Origin: a virus
Virus record (IMG/VR): IMGVR_UViG_3300042988_002239
Coordinates: 1-21,872 of that record
Strand: one strand, 5' to 3'
Length of the DNA: 21,872 bases
Shown here: one piece after another, positions 7,262 to 16,182 of the stretch
Position numbering within the stretch: position 1 is the first letter of the stretch
Layout: every line of letters starts with the position of its first letter
The notes under the pieces: generated by a model
The model's database searches: none
What the model saw: only the letters and a program-made list of their open reading frames with translations
Told to the model about the DNA's origin: nothing
Made by a program: the position numbers and the translations under genes

Positions 7262-8469
7262 TGGCTAGAAAAGAACAGCCCGAAGTTCCCGTGGCCGAGG
7301 AGACGGACGCGACCAAGCTCTCAAAGTTGATCGTGAAGGAGTTCAACAAGAACCCAGGGAAGACAGGCAAGATCGCCTGGAACCTGGCATCAGATGAGGA
7401 CAATCCGACGGATGTAAAAGAGTGGATTAGCACCGGTAACCTGCTGCTCAACTACAACATCGCCAACAAGAAGGGTGGAGGTGTACCGGTCGGCAAGCTG
7501 ATCGAGATCTGTGGCGAAGAGGCGTCAGGCAAGTCCCTGATGTGCATGCATATCGCCGCTGAGACCCAGAAGCTGGGTGGTGTGGTCGGTTACATCGACA
7601 CCGAGAACGCTTTCAACCCTGATTTCGCCAAGCAGATCGGCGTCGACCTCAACCGGCTGGTCTACCTGCAGCCCGGGACGGTCGAAGAGGTGGGCGAGAC
7701 CATCGTCAAGATGATCGTGATGACCCGCCAGAAGTCGCCGAACCAGCTGGTGACCATCATCTGGGACTCGGTCACGCAGACTCCCACGCAGGCTGAGGTC
7801 GAGGGCACGTTCGAGATCAACATGAACGTCCAGATGGAGAAGCCCAAGGCTCTCGGTAAGATGATGAGGAAGATCATCGAGACTCTGGGCAAGGAGCGCA
7901 TCTGTCTGGTGTTCACGAGCCAGGTCAAGTTCAAGCCGGGCACGATGTATGGCGATCCCACCTTCATTCCTGGTGGCAAGGCTGTCCCGTACGCCGCTAG
8001 CGTCCGGATCAAGCTGGTTCGTGGCGCTGCAGAGAAGGAGGGCGCCACCGAGGACGAGGCTGGCAAGGGAGACGTGCTCGGCGTCAACACGACCGCGACT
8101 GTCTTCAAGAACAGGCTCGGCCCGCCGCACCGCAAGGCCAAGTTCTTCATCTCGTTCGCCAACGGTATCCAGGATGAGAGCAGCTGGTTCGATTATCTTC
8201 ACAGCAAGAAGGTGATCGAGAAGGCCAGCGGGTTCTGCTACATTCCAGAGTTCGACAAGGAAGTAAAGACGAAGAAAGAGCTCGCTTTCCGTGAGGCAAA
8301 GTGGTTGGAAGTGCTCAACGGGACGCCCGGTCTCAAGGATTGGGTGCTAAATAGGATGGACCAGCTCCTCACTATCAAGTATGGTGAGGTTCCGGATGAT
8401 GCGGAGGTCGATCCGGAGAGTATGCTTGAGGCAGAGCAGCTGGTTGAGGACCTGGTCGACCCCAAGTAA
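7261..8469 (+). CDS. RecA/UvsX-family recombinase
   Basis: Walker A 'GEEASGKS', Walker B-like 'VTIIWDSV', and a RecA-core-like 'IPGGKAVPYAASVRIKL' plus L2-like 'VFKNRLGPPHRKAKF'. Confidence 0.85.
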   Translation: MARKEQPEVPVAEETDATKLSKLIVKEFNKNPGKTGKIAWNLASDEDNPTDVKEWISTGNLLLNYNIANKKGGGVPVGKLIEICGEEASGKSLMCMHIAAETQKLGGVVGYIDTENAFNPDFAKQIGVDLNRLVYLQPGTVEEVGETIVKMIVMTRQKSPNQLVTIIWDSVTQTPTQAEVEGTFEINMNVQMEKPKALGKMMRKIIETLGKERICLVFTSQVKFKPGTMYGDPTFIPGGKAVPYAASVRIKLVRGAAEKEGATEDEAGKGDVLGVNTTATVFKNRLGPPHRKAKFFISFANGIQDESSWFDYLHSKKVIEKASGFCYIPEFDKEVKTKKELAFREAKWLEVLNGTPGLKDWVLNRMDQLLTIKYGEVPDDAEVDPESMLEAEQLVEDLVDPK

Positions 8470-8478
8470 GGAGAGCGT

Positions 8479-9003
8479 ATGAAAAAGTTCAGTCCCGGTG
8501 AGTTCGTCAGGTTCACCTACAACCATCAAGCTGTAGACGATCAGACAGGCAGTAAGTTCAAGGAGGTCCTGATCCTAAACCCGAGCTGGCAGAACAAGGT
8601 TCACGGGGTCGATCTCAAGCGACTGAACCCGCTCCAACGGGAGATCATCGAGTTCCTTCTGGACCCGAAGAATGACAACGTCCAGTCTCGTATCGCAAAG
8701 GTCAATGAGGTCCGAAAGAACATTGACCCAATCGAAGAGATTGGTAACCCAATGATCTTCTACACACGCTTCCTCAAGCCCTTCCTGGGCAAGACCGATG
8801 CATACCGGCAGTACATCGAGAAGCTTATCACCAATCGTGTGACGATCAAGGAGGCTCCTAGCCGTCCCAACCGTCCACACCGTGAGCCTCTCTTCGGTGA
8901 GAAGCCCAATGCCATCGCCAAGCAGGGTTCTGAGGCGCAGCCGAAGGCTCTCACTCCGATCGACATCATGGCGCAGAACGCAAAGAACAAGGGGCTTAAG
9001 TAA
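8479..9003 (+). CDS. Hypothetical protein
   Basis: AAGGAG lies 6 nt upstream of the ATG. The composition looks coding. No motif recognised. Confidence 0.55.
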   Translation: MKKFSPGEFVRFTYNHQAVDDQTGSKFKEVLILNPSWQNKVHGVDLKRLNPLQREIIEFLLDPKNDNVQSRIAKVNEVRKNIDPIEEIGNPMIFYTRFLKPFLGKTDAYRQYIEKLITNRVTIKEAPSRPNRPHREPLFGEKPNAIAKQGSEAQPKALTPIDIMAQNAKNKGLK

Positions 9004-9077
9004 TGGGAGACAGCCGGATTCTATGTAAGCGCTGTGGAAGGTTCCACCCAAACTACAAGTGCAACTACCCAAAATGA
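9003..9077 (+). CDS. Candidate 24-aa micro-protein with a CCHC knuckle-like motif (MGDSRILCKRCGRFHPNYKCNYPK)
   Basis: Its ATG overlaps the upstream TAA (TAATG) and its TGA overlaps the downstream ATG 9074 (ATGA), so it exactly fills the gap between the two genes. The motif is C-x2-C-x3-H-x4-C. Confidence 0.4.
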   Translation: MGDSRILCKRCGRFHPNYKCNYPK

Positions 9078-10069
9078 TCCTCATCTTCGATGGGAATAAC
9101 ACGTTCTTCCGCAACTTCGCAGCCAACCCGACCAGCGACGTTAACGGCGTGCCGACAGGTGGCATCATTGGCACGATCAAGAGCGTGAAGTGGCTCCTCC
9201 GCGAAACCAAAGCCACCCGAGTGTTCGTCGTTTGGGACGCTCCGGGTGGCTCCAAAAAGAGGCGGGCAATTCTGGAGGAGTACAAAGCTGGACGGAAGCC
9301 TCGCATGAATCGTGAGGTTGACGAGACACTCAAAGAGAGCTCAAACAACCTCATGTGGCAGTTCGAGAAGACCAAGACTCTACTGGAGAACCTTGGCGTC
9401 ACCCAGATTGAAGTGCAGGACATCGAGGCCGACGACGCCATAGGCTACCTGGTCGGTCTATTGGACCCACAGCAGAAGTGCGTGGTGAGCTCTGACAGGG
9501 ATATGTGGCAGCTGGTATCGCCAACAACTACAGTCTACTGGCCTACAAAGAAGGTGTACCTCACTCCCGGCAACTTCCAAGAGCAGACCCAGTTCCTTCC
9601 TGAGAACTACGTACTCGCTCGAGCCATCGCTATGGGGGACAGTTCTGACAACGTGAAGGCGATCAAGGGCCTGGGAGAGAAGACACTCCTAAAAATCTTC
9701 CCGTTTTTGGCAAAAGAAGCCTCATTTTTTTCAGATCTCGTCCACTATATGCGTACGCGATTGGAACTCCAGGACAAAGGAGACCTGAAACTTTCAGCGT
9801 CAGAAAAACGATGGTTCCCAGTGATACTCGAGAATGAGGAGCTAGTTAAGAGGAACATCCAACTCATGCAGCTTACATCCCCCATCATCGGCGCTGCCGC
9901 GGCGCATATCATTAGGACAGCAGCCCTGGAATCAAAGCCAAAATTCCAGCTGACAAGCTTCAAGCTCTCCCTGATAAACTCCGGCATCCAGCTGTCTGAT
10001 GTGGACCTGTTTACAACCTTTCAAGAGTACAGAGTGAGGGCTCAAAATGAGGAAGCTAATGCTCACTAG
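9074..10069 (+). CDS. 5'-3' exonuclease / flap endonuclease (Pol I 5'-nuclease, T5 D15 / T4 RNase H family)
   Basis: 'ILIFDGNNTFFRNF', 'VFVVWDAPGGSKKRRAILEEYKAGRK', 'EADDAIGYL', 'VSSDRDMWQLV' and the H3TH-like 'GDSSDNVKAIKGLGEKT'. GTG 9059 is an alternative start. Confidence 0.85.
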   Translation: MILIFDGNNTFFRNFAANPTSDVNGVPTGGIIGTIKSVKWLLRETKATRVFVVWDAPGGSKKRRAILEEYKAGRKPRMNREVDETLKESSNNLMWQFEKTKTLLENLGVTQIEVQDIEADDAIGYLVGLLDPQQKCVVSSDRDMWQLVSPTTTVYWPTKKVYLTPGNFQEQTQFLPENYVLARAIAMGDSSDNVKAIKGLGEKTLLKIFPFLAKEASFFSDLVHYMRTRLELQDKGDLKLSASEKRWFPVILENEELVKRNIQLMQLTSPIIGAAAAHIIRTAALESKPKFQLTSFKLSLINSGIQLSDVDLFTTFQEYRVRAQNEEANAH

Positions 10070-10133
10070 CTAGGTTCCCCAAGGTGTTTGACCAACCACT
10101 TACATCACCACACCTTTAGGGAGCTCAACTAGA

Positions 10134-11531
10134 ATGAAGACAGAACCGATGGATCCGCGTGACACTTTTGCTGGGATGGGCAGAACGTACCAGGAGAAGG
10201 TCATGCAGGCGCTTTTGCAGGACAGTCTCTTCGCAGATCAGATGGCTGATGTCTTGAAACCAGAGATGTTTGACGTCGCCTATCTCCAGGAGATCGCAGA
10301 GAGCTTCTTCAACCACAAGCTAAAGTTCAAGACCTTCCCCTCAGCGGATGTGCTGGAGGTTATGGTCACTCGCGACAAGCAGATCGACAAGGAGCTGTCT
10401 CTGCAGGTGCGTGAGTACTTGAATCGTTGCAAGGAACATCCTCTCAACGGCGACACCGGGTACATCCAGTCGTCGTCTCTCGACTTCTGCAAGAAGCAGA
10501 CGATGAAAGAGGCGATCATCAAGGCCATCAACAAGATGGAGGAAGGCCCGTCAAAGTATGACGACATTGCTGGATACATTAGAGAGGCTCTGGTCGCTGG
10601 ATCATCTCGCGATCTTGGCCATGATTACAGCGCTGGGTTTGCTTCTCGCGCGGTTAGAGTCGAGAGCAAGAGGATTACTTCAGGATGGGGTCCACTCGAT
10701 AAGGTCCTCAATGGAGGCTGGGAACGCGGCACTATTGGAACGTTTATCGCACCCACGGGCGCGGGTAAGTCGCACTTTCTCGTCAATGCCGGAGCGGCTG
10801 CTGTGGCGGAAGGGTTCAATGTCCTCTACATCACGCTCGAGATGGCAGACTACAAGATCGGTCTCCGATTTGATAGCTACTACTCTGGAGTCGAGCTCAA
10901 CAACATCCCAGACAACGCCGCCAAAGTAGAAGAGGTCGCCCGCAGCAAGGTGAAGGGCCGGCTGTTCATCAAGGAGTTCCCCACCAAGGCTGCGACGGTG
11001 CAGACGATCCGCTCTTACCTTCAGAGATTGCAGGCGATCAATGAATTCACGCCAGACCTGGTATGTCTCGACTACGCAGACCTCCTCAGAGGCAACAGAG
11101 GATATAACGACAAGCGCTTCGAGCTTGAAGGCAACTACGAGGAGCTACGCGCTCTTGCTCAGGAGTTCAAGCTCGCCGTGCTCACCGCCGATCAGACTAA
11201 TCGATCCGGTCTTGAGATGGAAGTCGTCACTGTAGGCCAGATCGGTGAGTCTTACGCAAAAGCAACAGTCTGTGACTTGATCATGACCGTCTCGCGAACC
11301 ATGGAGGACAAGCAGGCGAACACTGGGCGCCTTTTCGTCGCCAAGAGTCGCCTCGGGAGAGACGGCATGGTCTTCCCATTCATCATGAACCCCGCGACAG
11401 TGAAGGTGAACATGCTCGCGGAGAACTCGAACATCAGCGAGATCCTCGCTGAGGAAAAAGATCGCGCTCACGAGCGTGTGAGTGACAACTTCCAGAAGTT
11501 TATGAAATCACGCAAGGCCGGAGAGCGATAA
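10134..11531 (+). CDS. DnaB-family replicative DNA helicase
   Basis: Walker A 'APTGAGKSHF', Walker B-like 'DLVCLDYADLL', 'VLTADQTNRSG', 'FVAKSRLGRDG', and a DnaB-like helical N-terminal domain. Confidence 0.8.
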   Translation: MKTEPMDPRDTFAGMGRTYQEKVMQALLQDSLFADQMADVLKPEMFDVAYLQEIAESFFNHKLKFKTFPSADVLEVMVTRDKQIDKELSLQVREYLNRCKEHPLNGDTGYIQSSSLDFCKKQTMKEAIIKAINKMEEGPSKYDDIAGYIREALVAGSSRDLGHDYSAGFASRAVRVESKRITSGWGPLDKVLNGGWERGTIGTFIAPTGAGKSHFLVNAGAAAVAEGFNVLYITLEMADYKIGLRFDSYYSGVELNNIPDNAAKVEEVARSKVKGRLFIKEFPTKAATVQTIRSYLQRLQAINEFTPDLVCLDYADLLRGNRGYNDKRFELEGNYEELRALAQEFKLAVLTADQTNRSGLEMEVVTVGQIGESYAKATVCDLIMTVSRTMEDKQANTGRLFVAKSRLGRDGMVFPFIMNPATVKVNMLAENSNISEILAEEKDRAHERVSDNFQKFMKSRKAGER

Positions 11532-11543
11532 GGACACCAAGAT

Positions 11544-13301
11544 ATGGAATACAAGAACTACGAGCCCACTGGGCTTGCGCTGGATATTTTTCAGAAGCGT
11601 TATGCCATTCATCCAAACGAGACGTTTGGGGAGGCATGCGAGCGAGTCGGCTATCATGTCGCGCAAGCTGAGGTAGGTGAAAAACAGGCGGCTGTCCGGC
11701 ATCTGTTTGTCGACATGTTGAAAAAGAACCTGTTCTTCCCCGGTGGTCGTATCATGTTCGGCTCAGGTCGGCCGAAGGGGCAGCTCTTAAACTGCTTCGT
11801 CGTCCCCACACATGACAGCCGTGAGGGCTGGGGTAAGACGACCTACGATACCATTGTCATCTCTGGTGTCGGTGGCGGCGTGGGTACGAACTACTCTCCC
11901 GTCCGTCCCAGGAACTCGCCCATCAACGGCTCTGGAGGTAAGGCTTCCGGTGCTGTGTCGCTCATGCGAGGCATCAACGCCTTTGGCGAGGAGATGAAGA
12001 ATGGCGGCGGGCGTAGAGTCGCCCTCATGATGACGCTCCGGATCGATCACGGCGACATCGTGGAGTTCCTGGACGCGAAGCTGGACCTCGGTAAGCTCAA
12101 CAACGCCAACGTGAGTGTGAATTTTGAGGAGGATCCAGAGATCTTCTTCGAGAAGGTCCGGAAGAACGAGGACTACGAGCTCAAGCACAACGGCAAGGTG
12201 ATCGGCAAGATCCCGTCGAAGAAGATCTGGCATAAGATCGTGGTCAATGCACTCAAGGGTGGTGAACCTGGTTTGCTCAATGGTTATCTTGCAAACAGGA
12301 TGAACAACATCTGGTACTACGCACCTCTCATCTCGACCAATCCATGCGGTGAGATCTGGTTGGCTGAGTACGATTGCTGCTGCCTTGGTTCAGTGGTACT
12401 TCCTAGGTTCGTGGATGAGATGACGAAGGAATTTGACTGGGACGAGCTCAAGAAGACGGTGACGTTGGGTATCAGGTTCCTAGACAACGTACTCAGCGTG
12501 AACAACTATCCTCTACCGGAGATTAAGGAGCAGTGTTCCAACCTCCGTCGCATCGGGCTTGGGGTCACAGGCCTCCACGACATGCTTCTCAAGCTGGGAC
12601 TTAAGTACAACGCTCCTGCCGGTCTCGAGTTTGTCGACAAGGTGATGGAGAAGATCAAGCACTGGTCATACGAGGCTAGCTCTGACCTGGCTGAGGAAAA
12701 GGGGTCGTTCCCGAAGTTTGACCCAGAGAAGTTTACCAAGAGCGGGTTCGTCAAGACGCTCAAGCCATCACTTAGAGAGCGGATCCGGACCAAGGGAATG
12801 CGAAATTGCGCCACCAACACAGTCGCTCCGGTCGGTACGGGCTCGATGGTGTGCGACAGTTCTTCTGGTATCGAGCCGATGTTCGCCTCCGCCTTCTGGC
12901 GTAACTGGCGTGATGGTGATGAGCTTCGTAAGGACGTTGTCATCCACCCGTTGTTCAAGCGGTTCATGGATGAGGGATTGTCAGTCAAGCACTTCCAGGG
13001 AGCGCATGAGATCAGAGTCAAGGATCACTTCGAGATGCAGAGAGTAGTCCAGCGGCATATCGACAACGCAGTGTCCAAGACAATCAATGTTCCGCATGGT
13101 ATCAAAGAGGAGGAGCTCTCAGAGTTGTATATGGAGTACTTCCCAGAACTAAAAGGTGTTACAATATACCCAGATGGGTCGCGTGAGAACCAGCCTCTCA
13201 CTCCGATGGACCTCGAACACGCCATCAAGGCCTACGAGGAGAACGCGATGGCTGGCGCCGCAGGCAACGACAATTGCAAGGATGGGAAGTGTGACCTATA
13301 A
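11544..13301 (+). CDS. Ribonucleotide reductase catalytic subunit, compact form without an obvious ATP-cone; probably class II (NrdJ-like), class not proven
   Basis: Active-site finger loop 'STNPCGEIWL', 'NCFV' early in the protein, a C-terminal Cys pair 'CKDGKC', and 'GVTIYPDGSR' near the C-terminus. No beta-subunit gene is in the window. Confidence 0.75.
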   Translation: MEYKNYEPTGLALDIFQKRYAIHPNETFGEACERVGYHVAQAEVGEKQAAVRHLFVDMLKKNLFFPGGRIMFGSGRPKGQLLNCFVVPTHDSREGWGKTTYDTIVISGVGGGVGTNYSPVRPRNSPINGSGGKASGAVSLMRGINAFGEEMKNGGGRRVALMMTLRIDHGDIVEFLDAKLDLGKLNNANVSVNFEEDPEIFFEKVRKNEDYELKHNGKVIGKIPSKKIWHKIVVNALKGGEPGLLNGYLANRMNNIWYYAPLISTNPCGEIWLAEYDCCCLGSVVLPRFVDEMTKEFDWDELKKTVTLGIRFLDNVLSVNNYPLPEIKEQCSNLRRIGLGVTGLHDMLLKLGLKYNAPAGLEFVDKVMEKIKHWSYEASSDLAEEKGSFPKFDPEKFTKSGFVKTLKPSLRERIRTKGMRNCATNTVAPVGTGSMVCDSSSGIEPMFASAFWRNWRDGDELRKDVVIHPLFKRFMDEGLSVKHFQGAHEIRVKDHFEMQRVVQRHIDNAVSKTINVPHGIKEEELSELYMEYFPELKGVTIYPDGSRENQPLTPMDLEHAIKAYEENAMAGAAGNDNCKDGKCDL

Positions 13302-14230
13302 TGACTATGCATCTAGATCTTAGAAACTTTCATCTCTTCACTCACGCTGGGTGCATGGACGGGTCGGCTTCAGCCATCCTGTTCCAGCACGCTGGCGGAC
13401 AGAAGAAGAACATCAACTGGGTCCAGGCCGGACACGTCGATGAGTACGTCGCTGACTGCTCCGCAGTCAAGGACCCGAACAAGCAGCTCCTCTTTGTAGA
13501 TATCGCTCCGGCTAAGGACGACACGGCGATCTTCCTGCAATCTCGGGGTAACGCCTTCGTCATCGACCACCACGTGACGTCATCTCGCTTCGCGGGGAGG
13601 CCGGGATTCCATATCGATGTGCAGAACAACGCGTGCGGGTGCGAGAACTTCCGACAGTGGCTCGTGAAGGGTGGGATGGGTGCCTTTGACAAGTATCCGT
13701 ACCGCAGGTTCACCCAGATCATTGACGACCACGATCGCTGGAGGCAGCAGATCCCGTTCAGCATGGAGCTGCCTCGGTTCTTCTCGTTCATCGGGCAGCA
13801 GGAGTTCACTCGCAGGTTCATGAATGTAGAGGAGAGGTTCGCTGAGAACAAGGACCGTTACTGGACTCCGTTCGAGCTGGAGATGATGAACATCCTCGAG
13901 GGTGAGCAAGCGCGGAGGTTCAATAACGTGATGAAGCGCTTCGAGGTGGTGGAGCGCGAGTTCGAGGGCAAAAAGATCAAGGTCGGGTATGTCATCTCGG
14001 GCGAGATCAATTGCTCGGAGCTGCTGAACGATTACCTCAAAGCTAACCCTGAGGTGGACGCTGCATGTCAGATTAACGTCGACCTAAACAAAGTCAGCCT
14101 TCGCTCGAATGGGAAAGTCAATGTATCTAAGTGGGCAGGTGAGTGGGGTGGTGGTGGGCACGTGAACGCAAGTGGGCACTCTCTTCCAGACGGGCTTCCA
14201 AGAAAGGTGGCTGACCTGATTCATGGTTAA
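13301..14230 (+). CDS. DHH/DHHA1-family phosphoesterase (NrnA/RecJ-like fold)
   Basis: 'HAGCMDGSASA' (motif I-like), 'FVDIAP', 'VIDHHV' (DHH), 'IDDHDRW' and the DHHA1 'GGGGHVNASG'. Start overlaps the upstream stop (TAATG). Confidence 0.7.
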   Translation: MTMHLDLRNFHLFTHAGCMDGSASAILFQHAGGQKKNINWVQAGHVDEYVADCSAVKDPNKQLLFVDIAPAKDDTAIFLQSRGNAFVIDHHVTSSRFAGRPGFHIDVQNNACGCENFRQWLVKGGMGAFDKYPYRRFTQIIDDHDRWRQQIPFSMELPRFFSFIGQQEFTRRFMNVEERFAENKDRYWTPFELEMMNILEGEQARRFNNVMKRFEVVEREFEGKKIKVGYVISGEINCSELLNDYLKANPEVDAACQINVDLNKVSLRSNGKVNVSKWAGEWGGGGHVNASGHSLPDGLPRKVADLIHG

Positions 14231-15176
14231 GACGTTCGATGGTGATAACTTTGATGTTCTTTTCAAGAATGTAGTATCTGCGATTATCCGTAATCCAGAG
14301 CACATCTGCAAACCTCGTGGGCAGACGGTGAAAGAGATAATCGCGCCGACCCTTGTCCTACGTAATCCCAGAGCTCGACTTCTCGCCAACACGGCCCGCA
14401 AAGCTGATTATGGCTTTGGTGTTGGCGAGTTTTTCTGGTATTGGGAGGGGAAGCAAGATGTTGAATCAATGCTTTACTACAACAAGAGAATGGGAAATTT
14501 TAGCGATAACGGCTTTACTCTTAACTCTGCGTACGGTTATCGTACGCGGGTTAAACAATTTGGCGGCAAGATTCATCCAACATCGCTAGACAACTTCGGT
14601 GATGGAAAGACGCAGTGGGTCGCCGCCAGAGATGAGCTGATCCGTGACAATGACAGCCGCAGAGCTGTCTTGATGATCGGCACGCCCCTCGACTTCGTCG
14701 AGGGCGAGAATAGCAAGGACGTTCCCTGTACGCTGCATCTCCAGTTCTTTATCCGAAACAACAGACTGATCCTGCACACCAGCATGCGGTCAAACGATGT
14801 GTTCTGGGGTCTGACCTACGATCTCTTCAGTTTCACGCTTCTTCAGGAGCTGATGATGCTCGAGCTACAGGCTCAGGGGCTCCCGGGTCTGCAGCTGGGT
14901 GAGTACATACATACTGCTGGATCTCTTCACATTTACGATAAGCACTTTGAGCAGGCAGAGCAGGCAGTAGACGAGGCATCATCGACTAAGTTCCGTCCGG
15001 CAGCGAAGATGGAACCGATATCACATCTGGAATTGTCCAGGTTGGTATCGCTCGAACAGTCGTTGCGCGTTGGAAAGGTGGCACAGCTTGACGAAGCTCA
15101 GTTCCGTAGCGGGGTTAGATGGATGGCAGAGCAGCTCAACGCACACCGGCGGAAGCGGGACGCCGAGCGAGCATGA
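14223..15176 (+). CDS. Thymidylate-synthase-fold pyrimidine deoxynucleotide hydroxymethylase/methylase, most like T4 gp42 dCMP hydroxymethylase
   Basis: 'DNDSRRAVL', catalytic 'VPC(169)TLHLQF', 'SMRSNDVFWGLTYD(200)LFSF' and 'GSLHIYDKHF'. A gap-free by-eye alignment to E. coli ThyA 'PCHAFFQF...QRSCDVFLGLPFNIASY' places Asp200 at the Asn177 position. Confidence 0.8.
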   Translation: MVKTFDGDNFDVLFKNVVSAIIRNPEHICKPRGQTVKEIIAPTLVLRNPRARLLANTARKADYGFGVGEFFWYWEGKQDVESMLYYNKRMGNFSDNGFTLNSAYGYRTRVKQFGGKIHPTSLDNFGDGKTQWVAARDELIRDNDSRRAVLMIGTPLDFVEGENSKDVPCTLHLQFFIRNNRLILHTSMRSNDVFWGLTYDLFSFTLLQELMMLELQAQGLPGLQLGEYIHTAGSLHIYDKHFEQAEQAVDEASSTKFRPAAKMEPISHLELSRLVSLEQSLRVGKVAQLDEAQFRSGVRWMAEQLNAHRRKRDAERA

Positions 15177-15225
15177 AGGGAAGTGGGATCCTGCGACCGT
15201 TATCGGCCTCAAACAGTTTGACGAG

Positions 15226-15591
15226 GTGCTGGTGATCGGCAACCCGGCGTTTATGCCGTGGCTCAGCGACGTCTGCCGAGACATTAGCTCGGTCAGGAAG
15301 CCGGGTGAGTTGGCGATGCTGATCAAAGAGGGAGAGCAGTTTGATAAGGTCATTCTCCCTCGAGAGTCCATATTCTCTCCTGATCTGGTGCCACTTGTCG
15401 CGGCTCTGCTCAAGGATGCAGAGACTGAGAGAGGGATATTCGTCGTGTTCCCGCCAGGCGATGGGTGGACAGAGTCGGCCGGAGTGGACCTGTATTTCCC
15501 AGAGGGAAGAAGCTGGGAGCTGGATTCGACGTTCGGTCAGGTCCAGTTGTTTGAACTCGCACCCACAAGTTGGAGGATGATCCATGGGTAA
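15226..15591 (+). CDS. Hypothetical protein; start uncertain (GTG 15226 chosen; the ORF is open from 15070 but that would overlap the upstream gene by >100 nt)
   Basis: Alternating strand/helix-like pattern 'VLVIGNP...FDKVILP...IFVVFPPGDGW' suggests a small Rossmann-like fold. Its stop overlaps the next start. Confidence 0.45.
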   Translation: MLVIGNPAFMPWLSDVCRDISSVRKPGELAMLIKEGEQFDKVILPRESIFSPDLVPLVAALLKDAETERGIFVVFPPGDGWTESAGVDLYFPEGRSWELDSTFGQVQLFELAPTSWRMIHG

Positions 15592-15790
15592 CAAGTATAC
15601 TATGGAGTACAAGCTCTCTGTCAAGAATGAAGAGGGTGTTCAGACGACGTACGTCAAGAGAGTGATCGATCAGGGATTCATCGCGACTGAGCTCTCGACG
15701 CTTGCCGCTCGGGATGGTATCGAATTCTTCACCCTCCGCAAGGTCGTCGAGAAGCCGCTGGTCAAGAAACTGCTCAAGGAGACAAAGTGA
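15584..15790 (+). CDS. Small hypothetical protein (68 aa)
   Basis: It is coupled to both neighbours by overlapping start and stop. The composition looks coding. Confidence 0.5.
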   Translation: MGNKYTMEYKLSVKNEEGVQTTYVKRVIDQGFIATELSTLAARDGIEFFTLRKVVEKPLVKKLLKETK

Positions 15791-16182
15791 TGCCAGACAG
15801 TGATCCTACGAATCCGCAGGTAGACAAGCTGGACGATATGTACACCCGTCAGCGAGAGCTGATGGACGCGCTCATCGCGGGCGACAAGCTTCCAGAGTAT
15901 CCAGTCGACATCACGTCGAAGTACGGGCAGCGCCAGATCAAGGAGCTGACCTTCGCGATGATCGAGGAGATGACGGAGGGAACCTACATCCTGAAGAACA
16001 GGTCCCACCGGTTCACCGATCACACCGATGTCGATTTCGCACATTTCCGAGAGGAGCTCGGCGACGCTCTTGCCTACTTCCTGGAGATCTGCATCTTTGC
16101 GGGAATCTCTCCTGCAGAGCTGTACGAAGAGTACTGCCGAAAGAACTTCATCGTCAAGAAGAGAGTGACGGATGGATACTAA
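15790..16182 (+). CDS. MazG-like / all-alpha NTP pyrophosphohydrolase (dimeric dUTPase/dCTPase-like), copy 1
   Basis: 'FAMIEEMTEGT' (EExxE-type metal site), 'FREELGDALAYFLEI', 'LYEEYCRKNFIVKKR'. GTG 15787 is an alternative start. Confidence 0.65.
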   Translation: MPDSDPTNPQVDKLDDMYTRQRELMDALIAGDKLPEYPVDITSKYGQRQIKELTFAMIEEMTEGTYILKNRSHRFTDHTDVDFAHFREELGDALAYFLEICIFAGISPAELYEEYCRKNFIVKKRVTDGY

